DNA of 64,000 bases, from assembly GCA_964016885.1 (NCBI GenBank), contig OZ024745.1:91202001-91266000 (forward strand), written 5' to 3'. The notes beneath the pieces were generated by a model that was given only the letters and a program-made list of their open reading frames with translations, searched no databases and was not told where the DNA came from. Made by a program: the position numbers and the translations under genes. Of the stretch, positions 37,142-51,052 are shown in pieces; position 1 is the stretch's first letter, and the number at the start of each line of letters is the position of its first letter. Origin of the DNA: Eledone cirrhosa (Eukaryota).

Positions 37142-39065
37142 TATATATGATGAACAAAGTAACAGGATGGGAAAAGCAAGATAGAAGATGGTCCAAATTA
37201 AGAATATTCACTCTACAGTCTATCTTTCCATTAATTGTATGCTTCATGTATATAAAAATAAACTTTTGTTATTTTAATTGTGTAAGGCTCAAGTCAGTGG
37301 AAAGTTTGAATTAACCCTCTAATTACCAAGTAGAATTGATATGTAAATAGATCTGTTGGAACACATGTATATATCTCTAATTATCTATTGTAAGTGTATT
37401 GATTTTGTGTATTAAGGGATAGTTAAATTGATGAGCATGTCTATAAATTTATTGGAAAATACCAGAAAATTTAAAGATTTCTGGTTTATATACTTAATGG
37501 TGTTTTTATCAATTGCTGTGAATGTACACACACATACATATATTGTTTTACTTTCTTTTACTGGTTTTACTTGAGAGCAAAACTTGGTATAAGAGGAATT
37601 GGAAGTAGTATGCAAGAGAGAAGACTGTTGGCAAGGAAGGTGACAGTTGTATATAGAATTGCACAGATAACTCAGGGTGAGGAGTCATAGAAGAGGTATG
37701 GAGATGACATTGAAAAATTGAGAAACAATAGAGATGACAAAGAACTGTGCAGATTGGCAACATGCTGTACTGTAGAGGACCTACCTCCAAGCATGACATG
37801 TGACCTGACTTGACCCATCAACATGCCCCTTTCCACTATCTCTTATTAGTAGCTATTCTCACCATCACTATACATTCCACTCTTACTCTATGCAAGATCA
37901 CCCCTCTTAAATCCTATCCACTTCACTACCCACCTCTAAAATTATGACACACTCCTTAGTAGCTATTATGAATGCAGTGCTTCTCACACTATATGATGTC
38001 AGCACCTCCCCTCCTACACCCCCTGTCAAATCCTACCACCCCACCAAACTTGTACAGCCATGACACCATACATATCATCCATCTTACTGGTCCTACACTC
38101 ACTCCATAGACTAGAAAGACCCCTTCTAGTGATGGTGCCATGAAAAATGCACTAAGTATAAAATGTAAGGTGAGGTATTGTGTTGTAGAAACCATGCCAA
38201 AAAAGGAGCAAGAGAATTTTTCAGCTTTGTCAAAGGCACAACAACCTCCCAAGTCATGCCTAATTCAGTTGCATGCCCTTGGAGTGAGGTTAGGATTTAC
38301 AATTTTCCATCACCAATTCAACTCCCTAGTTTTAACTCTAATAGTACTGACCTTCATTTGATTAGTAGTATATCAGCTTTTCTGCAAAAAGAAGTTGCTA
38401 CCCTCTTATTCAACCATTCTCTTTTTCTAGAGTAAAGGTTATTGTAAGTGGTTCTTCATGACCTTTCTTTTGGCACACCATGGCCAATTATGAGAAAAAG
38501 AGATAGACAAGGAAACAACACAACAAGCATTTTATGGTCATTTACAAAGCTAAAGCAATTTTTAGTCTTGTTGGTGTCACAACAGCTTTCTCCATTTGCT
38601 GTATTCTCTATATGCCACTCACTACCACTCTTGCTTACATTTCCTTCTGTATCATCTTTAGCCATGTCTTTCTTGTTCTCCCCTTCATTTGATTTCTTCT
38701 GCATTAATTTCCATCACTCCTCTCAATCACTTCCATCCTTCCTCAGCATATAGCCAAAGTAGCTCATTCTATTTCTCTTTAAACATTCATCACCAGCTCT
38801 GAGAGTTGGTGCCAGGAAGGGCATCCAGCCACAAAACATTGCTTCAGAAAAGGTTCTATGATAAGAGAATAAGAGACACAGAGAGATAGAAAGAGAAAGG
38901 GAAAGAAGAACTGACCCGTTTTTGATTTGTTCTTTATCAACCCTTAGAAGAATCAAAAGCGAATATGACCTCTGCTGAATTTGAACTGAGATCAGAGAGC
39001 CAGTGCAGGGTATTGTATCCATGCATCAAATGCTCTAACAACTCTGTTAATCTGCTGCCTATATA

Positions 39066-39694
39066 TCTATATATCTAAAACAGAGAATGTATGACTCCCT
39101 AAAACTCGAGAACCATCCAACCGACTGTTTTCAAACTTTACACATGTAATACTTATGATCCTGTGAGTGTTTTGAGAAAAAATATTTCAAATTTTCAATG
39201 CCCTAAGGACTGCATTATGCGATTTAGCGATCTCTCTCTATAATTCTTAGTCTTTCTTTTTAGATAGATACATAGATATAACATTACGCCCTTATAATAT
39301 CTGTCTGTATATCTGGCTGTCTGCATTACAACATTATGACGTTATGTGTGTGTGTGTATATATGTATATATAATGTGTATGTATATATATATATATATAT
39401 ATATATAGTGTGTAACGTTTTACGAAATATTTATTTCTGCGTTCACAGATTGATTCTTTTAGTTTCAGAAGATCCCGTTAAGGGTAAAAGCAGCGATTCT
39501 TTGCTTAAACTTTAATCTGTTATTTTAATATATATATATATATAATTATATATTCGTGTACAGATATTTTTGCATACACAATAACAAAATATAAACAAAT
39601 GGATTTATTTCACGAGGCTCAATAAGGATAAATATATATCAAATATATAAGAACCCTACAGCAAATCCCGAGCAACGCCAGGCCATTCTGCTAG
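39066..39694 (+). mobile_element. Non-autonomous Helitron, same family
   Basis: A^TC 5' end, subterminal hairpin CCCGAGCAACGCCAGG and CTAG^T 3' end, the canonical AT target. Confidence 0.9.
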
Positions 39695-39793
39695 TATATA
39701 TATATATATATATATATATGAAAGACGTAAAATAAGAAAATTATAAAAATCAACTTTGCTAGCATAGGTATGCATCTGTATATATATGTTGGT

Positions 39794-39851
<58 letters not shown>

Positions 39852-40616
39852 ATGCATATTGATGAAAGAGAAGGAAGTAAAATGAAATGAAAAGAGTAAA
39901 AATATGTCACAAAGAACTGAAGGGAAAGAACAGTGTTTTTGTGTTTTTATTTTTTGTTTTATTTCAAAATGCATATCCTTTTTCTGTCTTTGATATTTAC
40001 ATGTGAATTTAGCACTGAAGATTAGAACTTGAAATTATCATTTGAATAATCAATGTGAAAATTTCTGCTAGTTTCAATATCTTTTGAAATATGCGATTAG
40101 ACATTTTCATTGCTGTGTTTCATCTGCTTTTGATATTTCCCAAACGAAATATCTTAAATAAGCAGTGAATATTTTAAGTAGCTTATAAAGCATTTCCTGG
40201 TGTATTATAATGAATTAATGAGCAAAAGCCTCGTTTATAGGTGTAGTAGTTAATCATCATCATCTTTTATCGCTGTTGTTATCAATACCGCTATTTATCA
40301 GAGTTGTATGAGCGTTGAACAAAATGCATTATGGCATTTAGTTACAATTCTTTAAGTTCAAATCCCACTGGGGTCAACGTTGCTCTTCATCCTTCCAGGG
40401 TCAAAAAAATAAAGTTTTTTTCACTGCATTCCCCACCTCCTCCCAAATTGTTGGTCTTGTGCTTATGTTAGAAACCATTATTACCATTATTGATACTTTG
40501 CAGTGTAAATATTATGATTACTATACCTTCTATTAGCTGTCAAGTCTCAACAAGAATCTTAGACAGACAATATATTTCTGAGTATATGTGCAGTGTCCAA
40601 CAGGGCAGTCATTTAA

Positions 40617-40809
40617 CCCTTTAGTATTTACATTATTCTATATTTACTATTATATTTTCACAGTAATCACTTTATTTCACATAATATTGAATCTATGGGA
40701 TTTTAAGAACAATGCCTTAACATCAGTATGAGCGGCTGGTTACTGCTGGTTCGAACAAAAAGAGGTGAGAGAATCCCAGTCAGATACAGCCGGTTTAAAT
40801 GCTAAAGTG
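40617..40809. mobile_element. piggyBac-type MITE, copy without the SINE
   Basis: TTAA|CCCTTTAGTATTTA...TAAATGCTAAAGTG|TTAA. Confidence 0.82.
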
Positions 40810-41049
40810 TTAAAGAAAGAAATTTGTGTTTCAAGGTCTATTTGCTTAAGAAACCCAGAGTTTTAGTGGTTTTGAGCCCCAAACTCCAATATTAACTGGA
40901 ATTATCTTGAGGTTGTTAGGTGGTATTGACCACATTCATGCTATTTTGATTTTGAAGTTTTGTTATTTTGTTAAATTTTCAATTTCTTTCAATTTTATGT
41001 TGTGGTCTTCTGGGATGTTATTTTTTAATTCATAGCAAGAATCAAGCTT

Positions 41050-41935
41050 AGACATAAGGATAAATGTTTAGCCTGTGTAAATATGTTTTATTTTTGTTAA
41101 TATTGTCTTTCATTGGTCCATGCAATGTCTTAATGTCAAGCATTTCTAAATATTTACACATCATCATTTGGATCATCCAATCACTTCCACACCTTCTTTC
41201 CCTAACTATCCGTGAATCAAATGGGCATGTCATGTTGATGAGAACACACACATAATTTACTTTGTCCACCACCACTAAAACCAGTTTGTTGTTCTAAAGT
41301 ACCTGATCCATTTAAATTGGGAAATCACACAAGATTTTGCATCCGTCCAACTCAGTCACTCTCTGAGTTTTTTTTAGTCATATGAAGTCTTACCTTCCTT
41401 TAACCACCACTTTTCACACTGTTTCCGATGCGGAATGTTTGTCACCTCATCATTTCTCCACAACTTATACTATTATGGGGCAAGTCTAGGACATTCTGTT
41501 ACAATATGGGCAATAGTTTTTGACAAATTCATTACATACTCAGCATTACGGAGACACTTGTTAATTTCTAAGACTGACTCTCCAATACATGGCCAATGTT
41601 TGGTCTTGTGCTGCAAGTATAATGCTCTGTCTCCTTTTTAAGTGTTTCTTTCTTCAACCAGTCCTACCTATTTTCTCCTGCAACTTCACTTGTGGTCATA
41701 TGAAATTGTTTATGTAATCCCTTGTTGAGTAGTGCTTCTTCATGTCCTTGTACCTTTTGTTTAATTTTCTTTTTCCCTGCTTTCAGTATACCCTTTTCTC
41801 TTACTACTACTACTACTACTACTAAGGTTTCCTCACTTTGAGTTAGATATCTCAGCAAGCTTCTGTGTTCAAAATACAGACAGCCTTCCATACTTCCATT
41901 TGCTCTCTTCATGTAAAGACAATCAATGTCTATTA
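41050..41935 (-). mobile_element. R4/Dong-like remnant: CCHC finger plus RLE
   Basis: DIDCLYMKR; DWLKKETLKKETESIILAAQDQ; C*VCN..TIAHIVTECPRLA..YKLWRND; CKILCDFPI*MDQ; VVVDKVNYVCVLINMTCPFDSRI. Confidence 0.75.
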
Positions 41936-42159
41936 TTATTAAGGATCGCAATGTGTGGATGGAGATACCATGCTGAGAAGGACCTGTCCAACCCATGCAA
42001 GCGTAAAAACAATGATTATTATTATTGTTGTTGTTGTTGTTATTATTATTATCATCTTTTTTTCAGTTACACACTGAGGTTGATTTAATCAACTTTCCCT
42101 TCCCCAAAATTGTTGCCCTTGTGCCTAAATCAGAAACCATTCTTACAATTATTATTTTT

Positions 42160-42343
42160 AGAATTGGCAGTATCATTAGAGGGTCGGACATGCTTTCCAG
42201 CATAGTTACATCCCTTTACGTTCTGAGTTCAAATCCCACTGAGGTTAACTTTGCCTTTCATCCTTACGGGGGTCGATAAAATAAAAGTACCAGTAATGTA
42301 CTGGGTAATTGCTGGCCTTGTGCCAAAAGTAGAAACAATTATT
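42160..42343 (+). mobile_element. SINE family B
   Basis: TTGGCAGTATCATTAGAGGGTCGG...GAGTTCAAATCC...GTAGAAACAATTAT. Confidence 0.85.
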
Positions 42344-44018
42344 TTGATGCACTTAGTGAGCTATATTGTATATGAAAAAAAAAAAACAGCTTCTCCCTTT
42401 CATTCATTCTGTTCATGAAAGCATCACTTTTAAACCTTGACATTTTGATATTACACTTTCTGAATTAACTTTCACCCAATTTGAAAATATATATTTCTTG
42501 GTTGTTTCAAAAATATGTGTCAATTGTGTATTGATTTGGAAAAACTAAATTTATTATAGAGAATTCTTTCAATTAATTTATTAACTTAACACTTTGTATG
42601 AACATTCAGTTGACTCTTCTGACATCAAACTGCCCGAAACTACAGTATTAAGCTGTTAATTTTAAAGTTTCTATATTTATTTAAAAAAAACATTTCGTCC
42701 TAATTTTATACAAGAACATTTGTAAAGGTTGCACTCCAAACACTAACTTAATACTGAAAATGTTAGTTATATTATTAAATTTCTCAAGTTCTTGATGATT
42801 TTAAAAATCATTTGTAGTGTCTTTCATTAGAAATATGGTAATGAAAGGGTTAAAGAAACTGATTAAATTGATATTCCCCCTGTACTGCATAATGACTTGG
42901 CATTTTATCATCATAAATTTTTCTCTTTCCAATTAATTACAGATCCATATTCACTTCCACTGCACTAGATATGAAAAGGTTGTTATAGTGATTTTGACAT
43001 TGCTAAGTTCAGTAATCCTTCTCATAACTTCCTAGTGAAAAGTAAACAACTAATTTTTTGTTGATGCCATCCAGCAGCCAAATCTGCATCTCGTTTTAGA
43101 AAAGGACATGCTAGATAATATGGTCCTAGGTTCTTTGTATAGGCAGCAAGTTATTAGAACATCGGATAGAATGATTTGTAGTATTCATTTCGGTTCAACT
43201 CCCTCCAAAGTCAACTTTGCTTTTCATCCATTCATGGTCAATAAAAAAAAAGTACCAGTCAAGTCCTTGGATCGATTCTTCCTCTATATCTTGTTCACAC
43301 TTCCTTTCTCTCATTCTCTCTATCCTTCTCTGGAAGAAATCTGCTGCATTCAGACCTGGAGAGGAGATGTGCTCCAGCAGGTTTAAAAAATACCTTCAAA
43401 ACGCTGCATGTCAGGAGTTCTTTGCAATAAGATGATGATGGTATGATTGTGGTTGGAATGTTTTTGATTATGAGTCTCTCAGTAAGATAAATACATGTTG
43501 TGAGTGCTTGCTTTCACTGAAGGTATAATATTACTGTTAAGATAGTGGATGTATTTGTTGTTTTTCCTTTGTACTGATTTTATTTTTCTATATTTCTATT
43601 TTTATGCAGTTCTTATTTAATTTATATATATTTTCTAAAGACACCTACCACAGTAATAAACCACCTGATTAATGTTTTGTAATATTTATTGTTTCTATGT
43701 ATCTCAGAAATTCTATGTATCTCAATCTGACATGAAGCACAGAATACAGAATTTAGCTAACAAAAAAAGTCTTTAAAAATACAGCATTTATTAAGCATGA
43801 ATAATGAGATGATACCAATGAACTACATGATTGTAAGTTTAAACATTATGCCAGTAGAATAATGATAACATAATATGCTTTCACCTACTTAAGTTATTAT
43901 ATTTCATCGAGATATGTCTCAGAATTATTTAGTTCTTAATTCTCATTCACTACATCAATATATACATATAAAAAAGAAAATTTTCGCTCTACATGGCTGA
44001 ATACAATAAATGTAATCA

Positions 44019-44212
44019 GAGTTTTTCGAATATTAATAATAACATTCGATTCGTTTGCAATTATGCAAACAAGCCTCAATTTTATAGCCATGTCAGTATG
44101 CCAACACAAGAGCAAGAATGAAGTGTTCATTCTACTGACATGGCTATAAAATTGAGTCTTGTTTGTATAATTGCAAACGAATCGAATGTTATTATTAATA
44201 TTCGAAAAACTC
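44019..44212. repeat. 80-bp inverted repeat with 34-nt spacer
   Basis: Arms 44019-44098 / 44133-44212 with 2 mismatches. The spacer holds the hairpin GAATGAA-gtg-TTCATTC. Confidence 0.92.
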
Positions 44213-44388
44213 GGAATATATACATAAATTTCTATATATTTACATCGTGTTTTGTTGCTAATATTTCAACACTGCCAAAGCTACAATTCAAAGTTGCTCA
44301 ATAATGCTGATACATGTCTTAAGTTACCTTCCATAGTTGCTGAAAAAATAACAAAAAATATTAACCACCAACTAATATTATTTCTCTT

Positions 44389-44580
44389 TCGGTGGATTGG
44401 CAGTATCGGTAGAGGGTCGGATGCCATGCTTTGAAGCATAGAGTTACCTCCCTGTATGATCTGAGTTCAAATCCCGCCGAGGTTAACTTTGCCTTTCATC
44501 CTTCCGGGGTCGATAGAATGAAGTACTAGTAATGCATTGGGTAATTGCTGGCCTTGTGCCAAAAGTAGAAACAATTATTT
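44389..44580 (+). mobile_element. SINE family B
   Basis: Full A box, B box, body and 3' end as at 19716. Confidence 0.87.
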
Positions 44581-44761
44581 CTCTTTCTCTGCAAATTTGA
44601 TTCTACTTTAGCAATTAAATGTTTCAATCATTAAATATTCTTTGACTCACTTAACAACATGGTCATATTCTGAAACATTAAATAGAGGATGCCATTTAGA
44701 TTCATATTGTCTCCGTTCATTTTTGTTTCTCTTCTTACATGCTTATACACACACACACATG

Positions 44762-45080
44762 AGTCCTGTGATGCAAATGACTTAACCAGTTGCAACCTGG
44801 TGAAGCCTGCAACTAACCCAGGCTCTGCTGCACTTCGGACCAAGGAAAGTGAACTCTTAAAATATTCGACAAGTTTGTGGTTGAGTCTGTAGCAGTGGAG
44901 ACTCCTGGTATCCTTGGCCCTAGGATCACCTCCCTCTTCACCATCATTGGCACAGAGATGGCTACCCACAGGTGTGAGCCTCATGAGATGGAATGGCTCT
45001 TCCAGGAAAAACACCTTCTCTATTCTGTCTGCTGGGGACATGTGGTAGCCAATGCATGGGACCCCATTTGCTTATAATAG
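44762..45080 (+). mobile_element. CRE-like RLE remnant, second copy
   Basis: NLVKPATNPGSAALRTKESELLKYS / VAVETPGILGPRITSLFTIIG..EPHEMEWLFQ. Shares ATNPG with the 33825 copy. A weaker third remnant may lie at ~34860-35000. Confidence 0.68.
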
Positions 45081-45160
45081 TGAGAGATGAGTAGAGCGGG
45101 GGAGACAAAGGCAGTGACAGTGGAAGTTTGGTTCCATTTTGTTTGGGCCTGGTGTGTGGT

Positions 45161-45209
<49 letters not shown>

Positions 45210-45786
45210 ACACCACATTAATACACCAATTGATCACTTATAAATCAGATGAACACACAAGCCAGATTGATGTCATGCCCATTAGAACATGGGTAATGGA
45301 TTAAGTTTACCACCCAATAACCACTCATCTATCACAAAGGAATGAAATCTATTTTTTTTTTCTTGTCAGGAACTCTGGAATAAGTAGAGTTAGGTACTTT
45401 GCTGAAAGTCTCTATACAATTAAGTAAGAGCTGAATTTTTATTATGTGGTCTAGTATCTTAACTTAATATACTGTCAAATATATCTGTGATATTTGCAAA
45501 TTTATGTAGATATATTATGCTTTTGATAATATAATACATAAGAGGGAGCACAACAACAGTATGTATATTTAAATAATAACCAAATAACCCATCATGATAT
45601 CTTAATGCCACTTCTGATCACTATAAGTTTAACTTAAGAGAAGTGAAACATTGAATATAGTCATAACTCCAATAAATTCTATTTCCAGAATGACTAGTAA
45701 ATATTCATTATTGATATCATTACAAAACAACTTGTTAGAAGACTTAATGGCTACTGCAAATAACAAATTGTATTATTATGTTATGA

Positions 45787-45982
45787 TAGGGTGGGGGATT
45801 GGCAGTATCGTTAGAGGGTCGGACGTTATGCTTTGCAGCAAAGAGTTACAGCCCTTTATGGTCTGAGTTCAAATCTCACTGAGGCTAACTTTACCTTTCA
45901 TCCTTACGGGCTCGATAAAATAAAGTACCAGTAATACACTGGAATAATTGGTGGCCTTGTGCCAAAAGTAGAAACAATTATA
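45787..45982 (+). mobile_element. SINE family B
   Basis: Full A box, B box, body and 3' end. Confidence 0.87.
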
Positions 45983-46058
45983 ATATTATGATTTTCTTTA
46001 ATAATAAATTTTAGGATTTATATATGTATGTATACATGTATATACATATGCATTATAG

Positions 46059-46091
<33 letters not shown>

Positions 46092-46551
46092 GCTGCATTT
46101 CTTTGGAATATTCTGTAAATCAAATATTAGACAATATATTTTCCAATATTCAACCATCTGTTCTAAGAATGAAAATCCAAGGATATCACTGATATTCAAT
46201 GACATGTTAGATTTTGCTATTTTAAGGATGGTAATTGTGAAAGCTCAGCTGTTTGGAATCAGAGAGAACGATGGATGAGTAATGAGGAAAAATAGATTGA
46301 TCATAGCCTAGGAATAAATAACGGGATGGAGTGTAATTGTTAGATTACATGAGACAATTAATAGGAGAGAGACAAGAAAATCGAAGGTTACCTTAGATGA
46401 CTAAGATGAAAAGTCAAGCAAGGAAACTGTTTTAAATGAATTACAACATATATATATATATACATACACACATACATATATATATACATATATACACTCA
46501 TACACCACACACATATATATATACATATATACACTCATACCCACACACATA

Positions 46552-49500
46552 CATCATCATCATCATCATCATCATCACCGTTTTACGTCCGTTCTTCCAT
46601 GCTAGCATGGGTTAGACGGGTTGTCATGTTGTGGGCAGTGTCTGGTCGGCTTGCTCATACAGGAACTGATTTTGGCTTGATTTCTACAGCTGGATGCCCT
46701 TCCTAACACCAACCTCATTTACAGTGAGTGCTGGGTGCTTTTTGCCGTGGCACCTCCACGACCACTTTGCAGTGGTAGGGTGTGAGGCATATTGTCTATA
46801 TGCTTCAGCTTGTGCCCGTGGGAGGTCGGCTACTCTGTATTACTGCGTGACACCAGAGGTCACGGTCGTGTGTCATCGCCTTTGAGAGGTGTAATTGGGT
46901 AAGGTCGGCTTTTATCACCTCATCCCAGGTCTTCTTGGGTCTCCCTACTCCGTGGTTTCCATTGACATTTAGTGCTCTGCACCTTTTTATGCAGCTGTCC
47001 TCCTTCATACGCATCACATGTCCATACCAATGCAACCGCCTCTCCTGCTCACAGCATTTGATTCCTCTTATGCTCAGTCTCTCTCTCAACTCATTTATGC
47101 TTTGCCGTTCGCGTATATTACTATTACACATCCATCGGAGCATGCAGGCTTCGTTTCTTTCTAATCTACGTAAGTCTTCCACCCTCAGCGCCCAGGTTTC
47201 ACTACCATGTAACATTGCTGCTTGGATACACACATCATACAGTCTGCCTTTCATTTTGAGGGAGAAGCCTTTTGCAGCTAGCAGTGGCAGTAGTTCCCTG
47301 AACTTCTTCCATTCCGTTCTTACCCTAGTTATTGTACTTTCTGAACACCCACCTCCGCTGCTAATTTGGTCACCTAGGTAGCAGAAGCTGTCTACTGTTT
47401 CTACAGAGCCCTCCCAGAGATTGGTGTTTTCTGTGGCTGTTTGCTGCTTGCTGCTTGCTGCTTGCTGTCCCAGCACAGCTGCTACATGTGAAGCCTACAT
47501 TCTTAATTAAGCTTCCTGAGATCCCGCAACATCTCTTGTGTACCCATTGTTTGCATTTGGGGCAGAGAATGAAGTTCCTACCTACACCTTTCCTACATAC
47601 TGAGCAAGGCCATTTCCCTGAGGGGATCTGGGTTCTGTTTTCTCATCTATTTACAAGGACCTTAGTCGTTGTCATGTTGACTTTGAGACCCTTTCTTTCT
47701 AGTCCCTGCTTCCAAGCTTGGAATTTCTTCTCTAGTTCTACCATAGATTCAGCTATAAGTGCGAGATCATCTGCATACAGGAGTTCCCATGGGCATCCGG
47801 TCTTAAACTCCTCCGTTATTGCCTGCAGGACTATGACGAACAGGAGAGGGCTAAGAACAGAGCCCTGGTGGACACCAACCTGTACGCTAAATTCCACGCT
47901 ATACTCATTGCTAATCCTAACTTTGCTGACTGCTCCCCTATACATGGCTTGTACAGCTTTCACAAGCCATTCATCTACTCCTAGTTTTCTAAGAGCCCAC
48001 CAGATTATAGCACGTGGAACTCTGTCAAAGGCTTTCTCAAGATTGACGAATGCCAGGTAGAGTGGCTTACTTTTAGCTAGGTACTTTTCCTGTAACTGCC
48101 TCACAAGGAAGAGACCATCAGTGGTGCCTCTTCCTGGTACAAACCCAAATGGCATCTTATCTAGTTTCACCCAGTCCCTAATCAACTGTGCTATAACTCT
48201 TTCTGTTACTTTCATGACCTGGTCCATCAGCTTTATAACTCTATAGTTTCCTCTATCTAGTGCATCACCTTTACCTTTGTAGCAGTTGACAATGATGCTA
48301 CTGCACCAATCTTTTGGTATCACACCTTCTAGTATTACCTGGTTAACAATATGTGTGGTTATAGTGTGACCTACAGACCCAGATGCCTTCAGCATCTTGG
48401 CAGCTATACCCGATGGACCGGTTGCCTTCCCCGTCTTCATATCTTTGATTGCCTTACTTACTACGCTGCTGCTGAGTAGTCCTGCTAACCCCTCTATAGG
48501 GTCTACTTGGGGTAGGTTCTCTTCTTCCCATGCATTCTCCTCATTTAGTAAGCTATCATAATGGCACTTCCATGCATCTTTCTTCTCAGCACTTGTGAGG
48601 GCAAGCTCACCTTTATCATTCCGGATACACTTCTCTCCAATGATATCACAATTCTCTATGACACACTGCCTCGCAATCTTGAACACCTCCTGTTTCTGGT
48701 CCTCACGTTGCAAAACATGCTTGAATTTTCTATCCTCTGCTTCCCTCCTAGCTAAGTATACTTGACGCCTAGCTTACCTCTTGGTCTCTATGTAATGTAC
48801 CCTGCTTCCCCCGTTCTTCCATTCTTTCCATGCCTGTCTCTTGGCCTTAACTGCCTCATCTACCTTATTGTTCCACCACCAAGTGACTCTCCTCCTGCTT
48901 GTGGTCCAGCCACAGATCTCATCCATCGCCTCTAGTAAGTTATTTTTGAGAAACTCCTAGTGCTTTTCTACATTGAATGTCTCTATCTGTTCTTTACTGT
49001 TGTAGGCGTTGAGTAAAATATCTTTAAATCTGTTACTGGCTGAGGGGTCTTTCAGCTTCCAGATCTTTCTTCTCCAGGTTGGCCTCTGTTTCCAGGTTCG
49101 TCTAGTTCTGACTGTGAGGTTGCTGACAACTAAACTAGGGAAGTCTTTTGTGTTTATGACCGTCCATCTGTCACGTCCTCTGGTGAGGATAAAATCTATC
49201 TGACTAGAATGCTCCCCTGATCTATAGGTGATCAGGTGGTTGTCGGGTTTTTTGAAGTTTGTGTTACATATCAACATGTCATTGGCATCACAGAATTCTA
49301 GAAGTCTGAATCCTTCTTCATTTCTTGTGCCAACCCCATGGCCTCCATGGACTCTATTGAAGCCGTCACAGTGTTTACCTACGTGTCCGTTAAAATCTCC
49401 TGCGATGATTAGGAAGTCATTGTCATTTGTTAGATCAGTAGTGTGCATTAGGGACTCGTAAAACCTATCCTTAAGTTCGGCTGGCAACCCCGATTGGGGT

Positions 49501-50361
49501 GCGTAAGCTGATATTATTGTGGTAATTGTTTTATTCAGGACTAGTCTGAGTTTAATGATTCTTGCATTTACCCTGTACACTGAGATTACTTTATCTACCC
49601 ACTTGTCAGCTAGTAGTATACCTACACCACCCATCCCATCGTCATTTCCCACCCAGAAAAATTTGTAGCACTGACTTTTTCCTACAAGGACTCTAGCAGA
49701 CTCTCCTCTCCATCTAGTCTCTAGTGAATTTCCTTTCGCTCTAGCATCTCTACAATTTCTCCTGCTCTTCCTTTCATTGTGTTTACATTGATGGTACCAA
49801 CTCGGAGTTTTGGGCATTTGTCGACATTCGTAGGGAAGGGTCAATTTTTGCAGGGGTGTGTGTGTGCTTCCTCTCTCTGAATTGGGGCTTCACATGGGTG
49901 CTTGGTAGCTTGTGGATTCATATTCATTTTCATCTATTAATTCAGAGTTGCTCCAATTTATTCTCAGCTCATCCATACATAATGGTAGGAAAATTCAGGG
50001 CTAGAAGAACAGTGGTGGTGGTAATAATGGCAGCGTGTGTTGGGCTGAGACGGGGGAGGAGAGAGTTAGCTAGTAGTAGAAATGACAGGGTTTGTTGGGG
50101 TTGGTAGTGGGGGGGGGGGGCAGCATGCTGAGGTTTAATTGGTCGAATAGGCTATGGTGGTGTGAGGGAAATTGTGAGGTAGGTAGCCAAGTCATGGCCT
50201 GTAGCATCTGATGGCAAAATAGACAGAGAGGCAGGCAGCATGGTAGAGAAAGTGAGGGTAAAAAAAAAAAATGTGTTGTGGAAGCTAGCGAAGTGATAAA
50301 TACAGCAATAATTGTGAGCAGAACATTTGCAATTGGGGAAATAGAGGGATACCTGAAAGAT
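46552..50361 (-). mobile_element. Near full-length decayed RTE-clade LINE (family 3): 5' region, APE endonuclease, RT, PHD finger, 3' UTR, (GAT)n tail
   Basis: APE motifs LRVGTINV (~49805), ETRW, AYAPQ, AGDFNGHVG and SQIDFIL (48957-49844). RT at 47643-48713 (YADD). C-terminus at 46805-47476. Contains stops and frameshifts. The motif ATATACACTCATACACCACACACA on both flanks (~46489 and ~50371) suggests a TSD. The 5' boundary rests on that TSD. Confidence 0.93.
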
Positions 50362-50454
50362 TATATATATATATACACTCATACACCACACACACATATA
50401 TACATATATATACATCTACACATATATGTATGTATTGATATATATATATATACA

Positions 50455-50690
50455 CACACATTGTAAAGTGGTTGTGTAGGTGTTGCACTGTAAATGTGGT
50501 TTGTGTTAGGAAGGGCATACAGCCATAGAAACCAGGCTAGAAGTAGTTCTGAATGATCTAGACACAGTCACCTGACCGGACTTACCTTAAACTGGACAAC
50601 CTGTCTAACCCATGCTAGTGTGGCAGATAGACATTAAACGACGATGGTGATGATACACACACCCACAGACATTAAACGATGATGATACAC
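50455..50690 (+). mobile_element. RTE-type 3' UTR fragment with duplicated tail end
   Basis: TTAGGAAGGGCATACAGCC and CCCATGCTAGTGTGG motifs. AGACATTAAACG...GATGATACACACACCCACA occurs twice. Confidence 0.72.
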
Positions 50691-51000
50691 ACACCCACAC
50701 CCCTACACACCCACACATATATACACTTATATCAACTCTTTTGACAACAAGGTATCTTTCATTTAGTCGTATGTAAATTAGATGGCTGCATTTGTTTATA
50801 TTTCTGTGTTATGTTTCTAGGGCAAATTTTCGTTCGAATAATTTAACAATGAATGAATAAATAAATGAAAGTAAAATAAATGTGAAATGCCTTGATGTGG
50901 TTATTGAAAGATATAGTCTACATTTCTATGGTATGATTCAATTATAAATGATAAACAAGATACTCATAAAACACACTAAGGTAGATACATGGATAGACAT

Positions 51001-51052
<52 letters not shown>

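Noticed and set aside
49850-50361. Possible HDV-like ribozyme or ORF1 in the RTE 5' region
   Set aside because: Could not identify the nested double pseudoknot or a credible ORF by eye.
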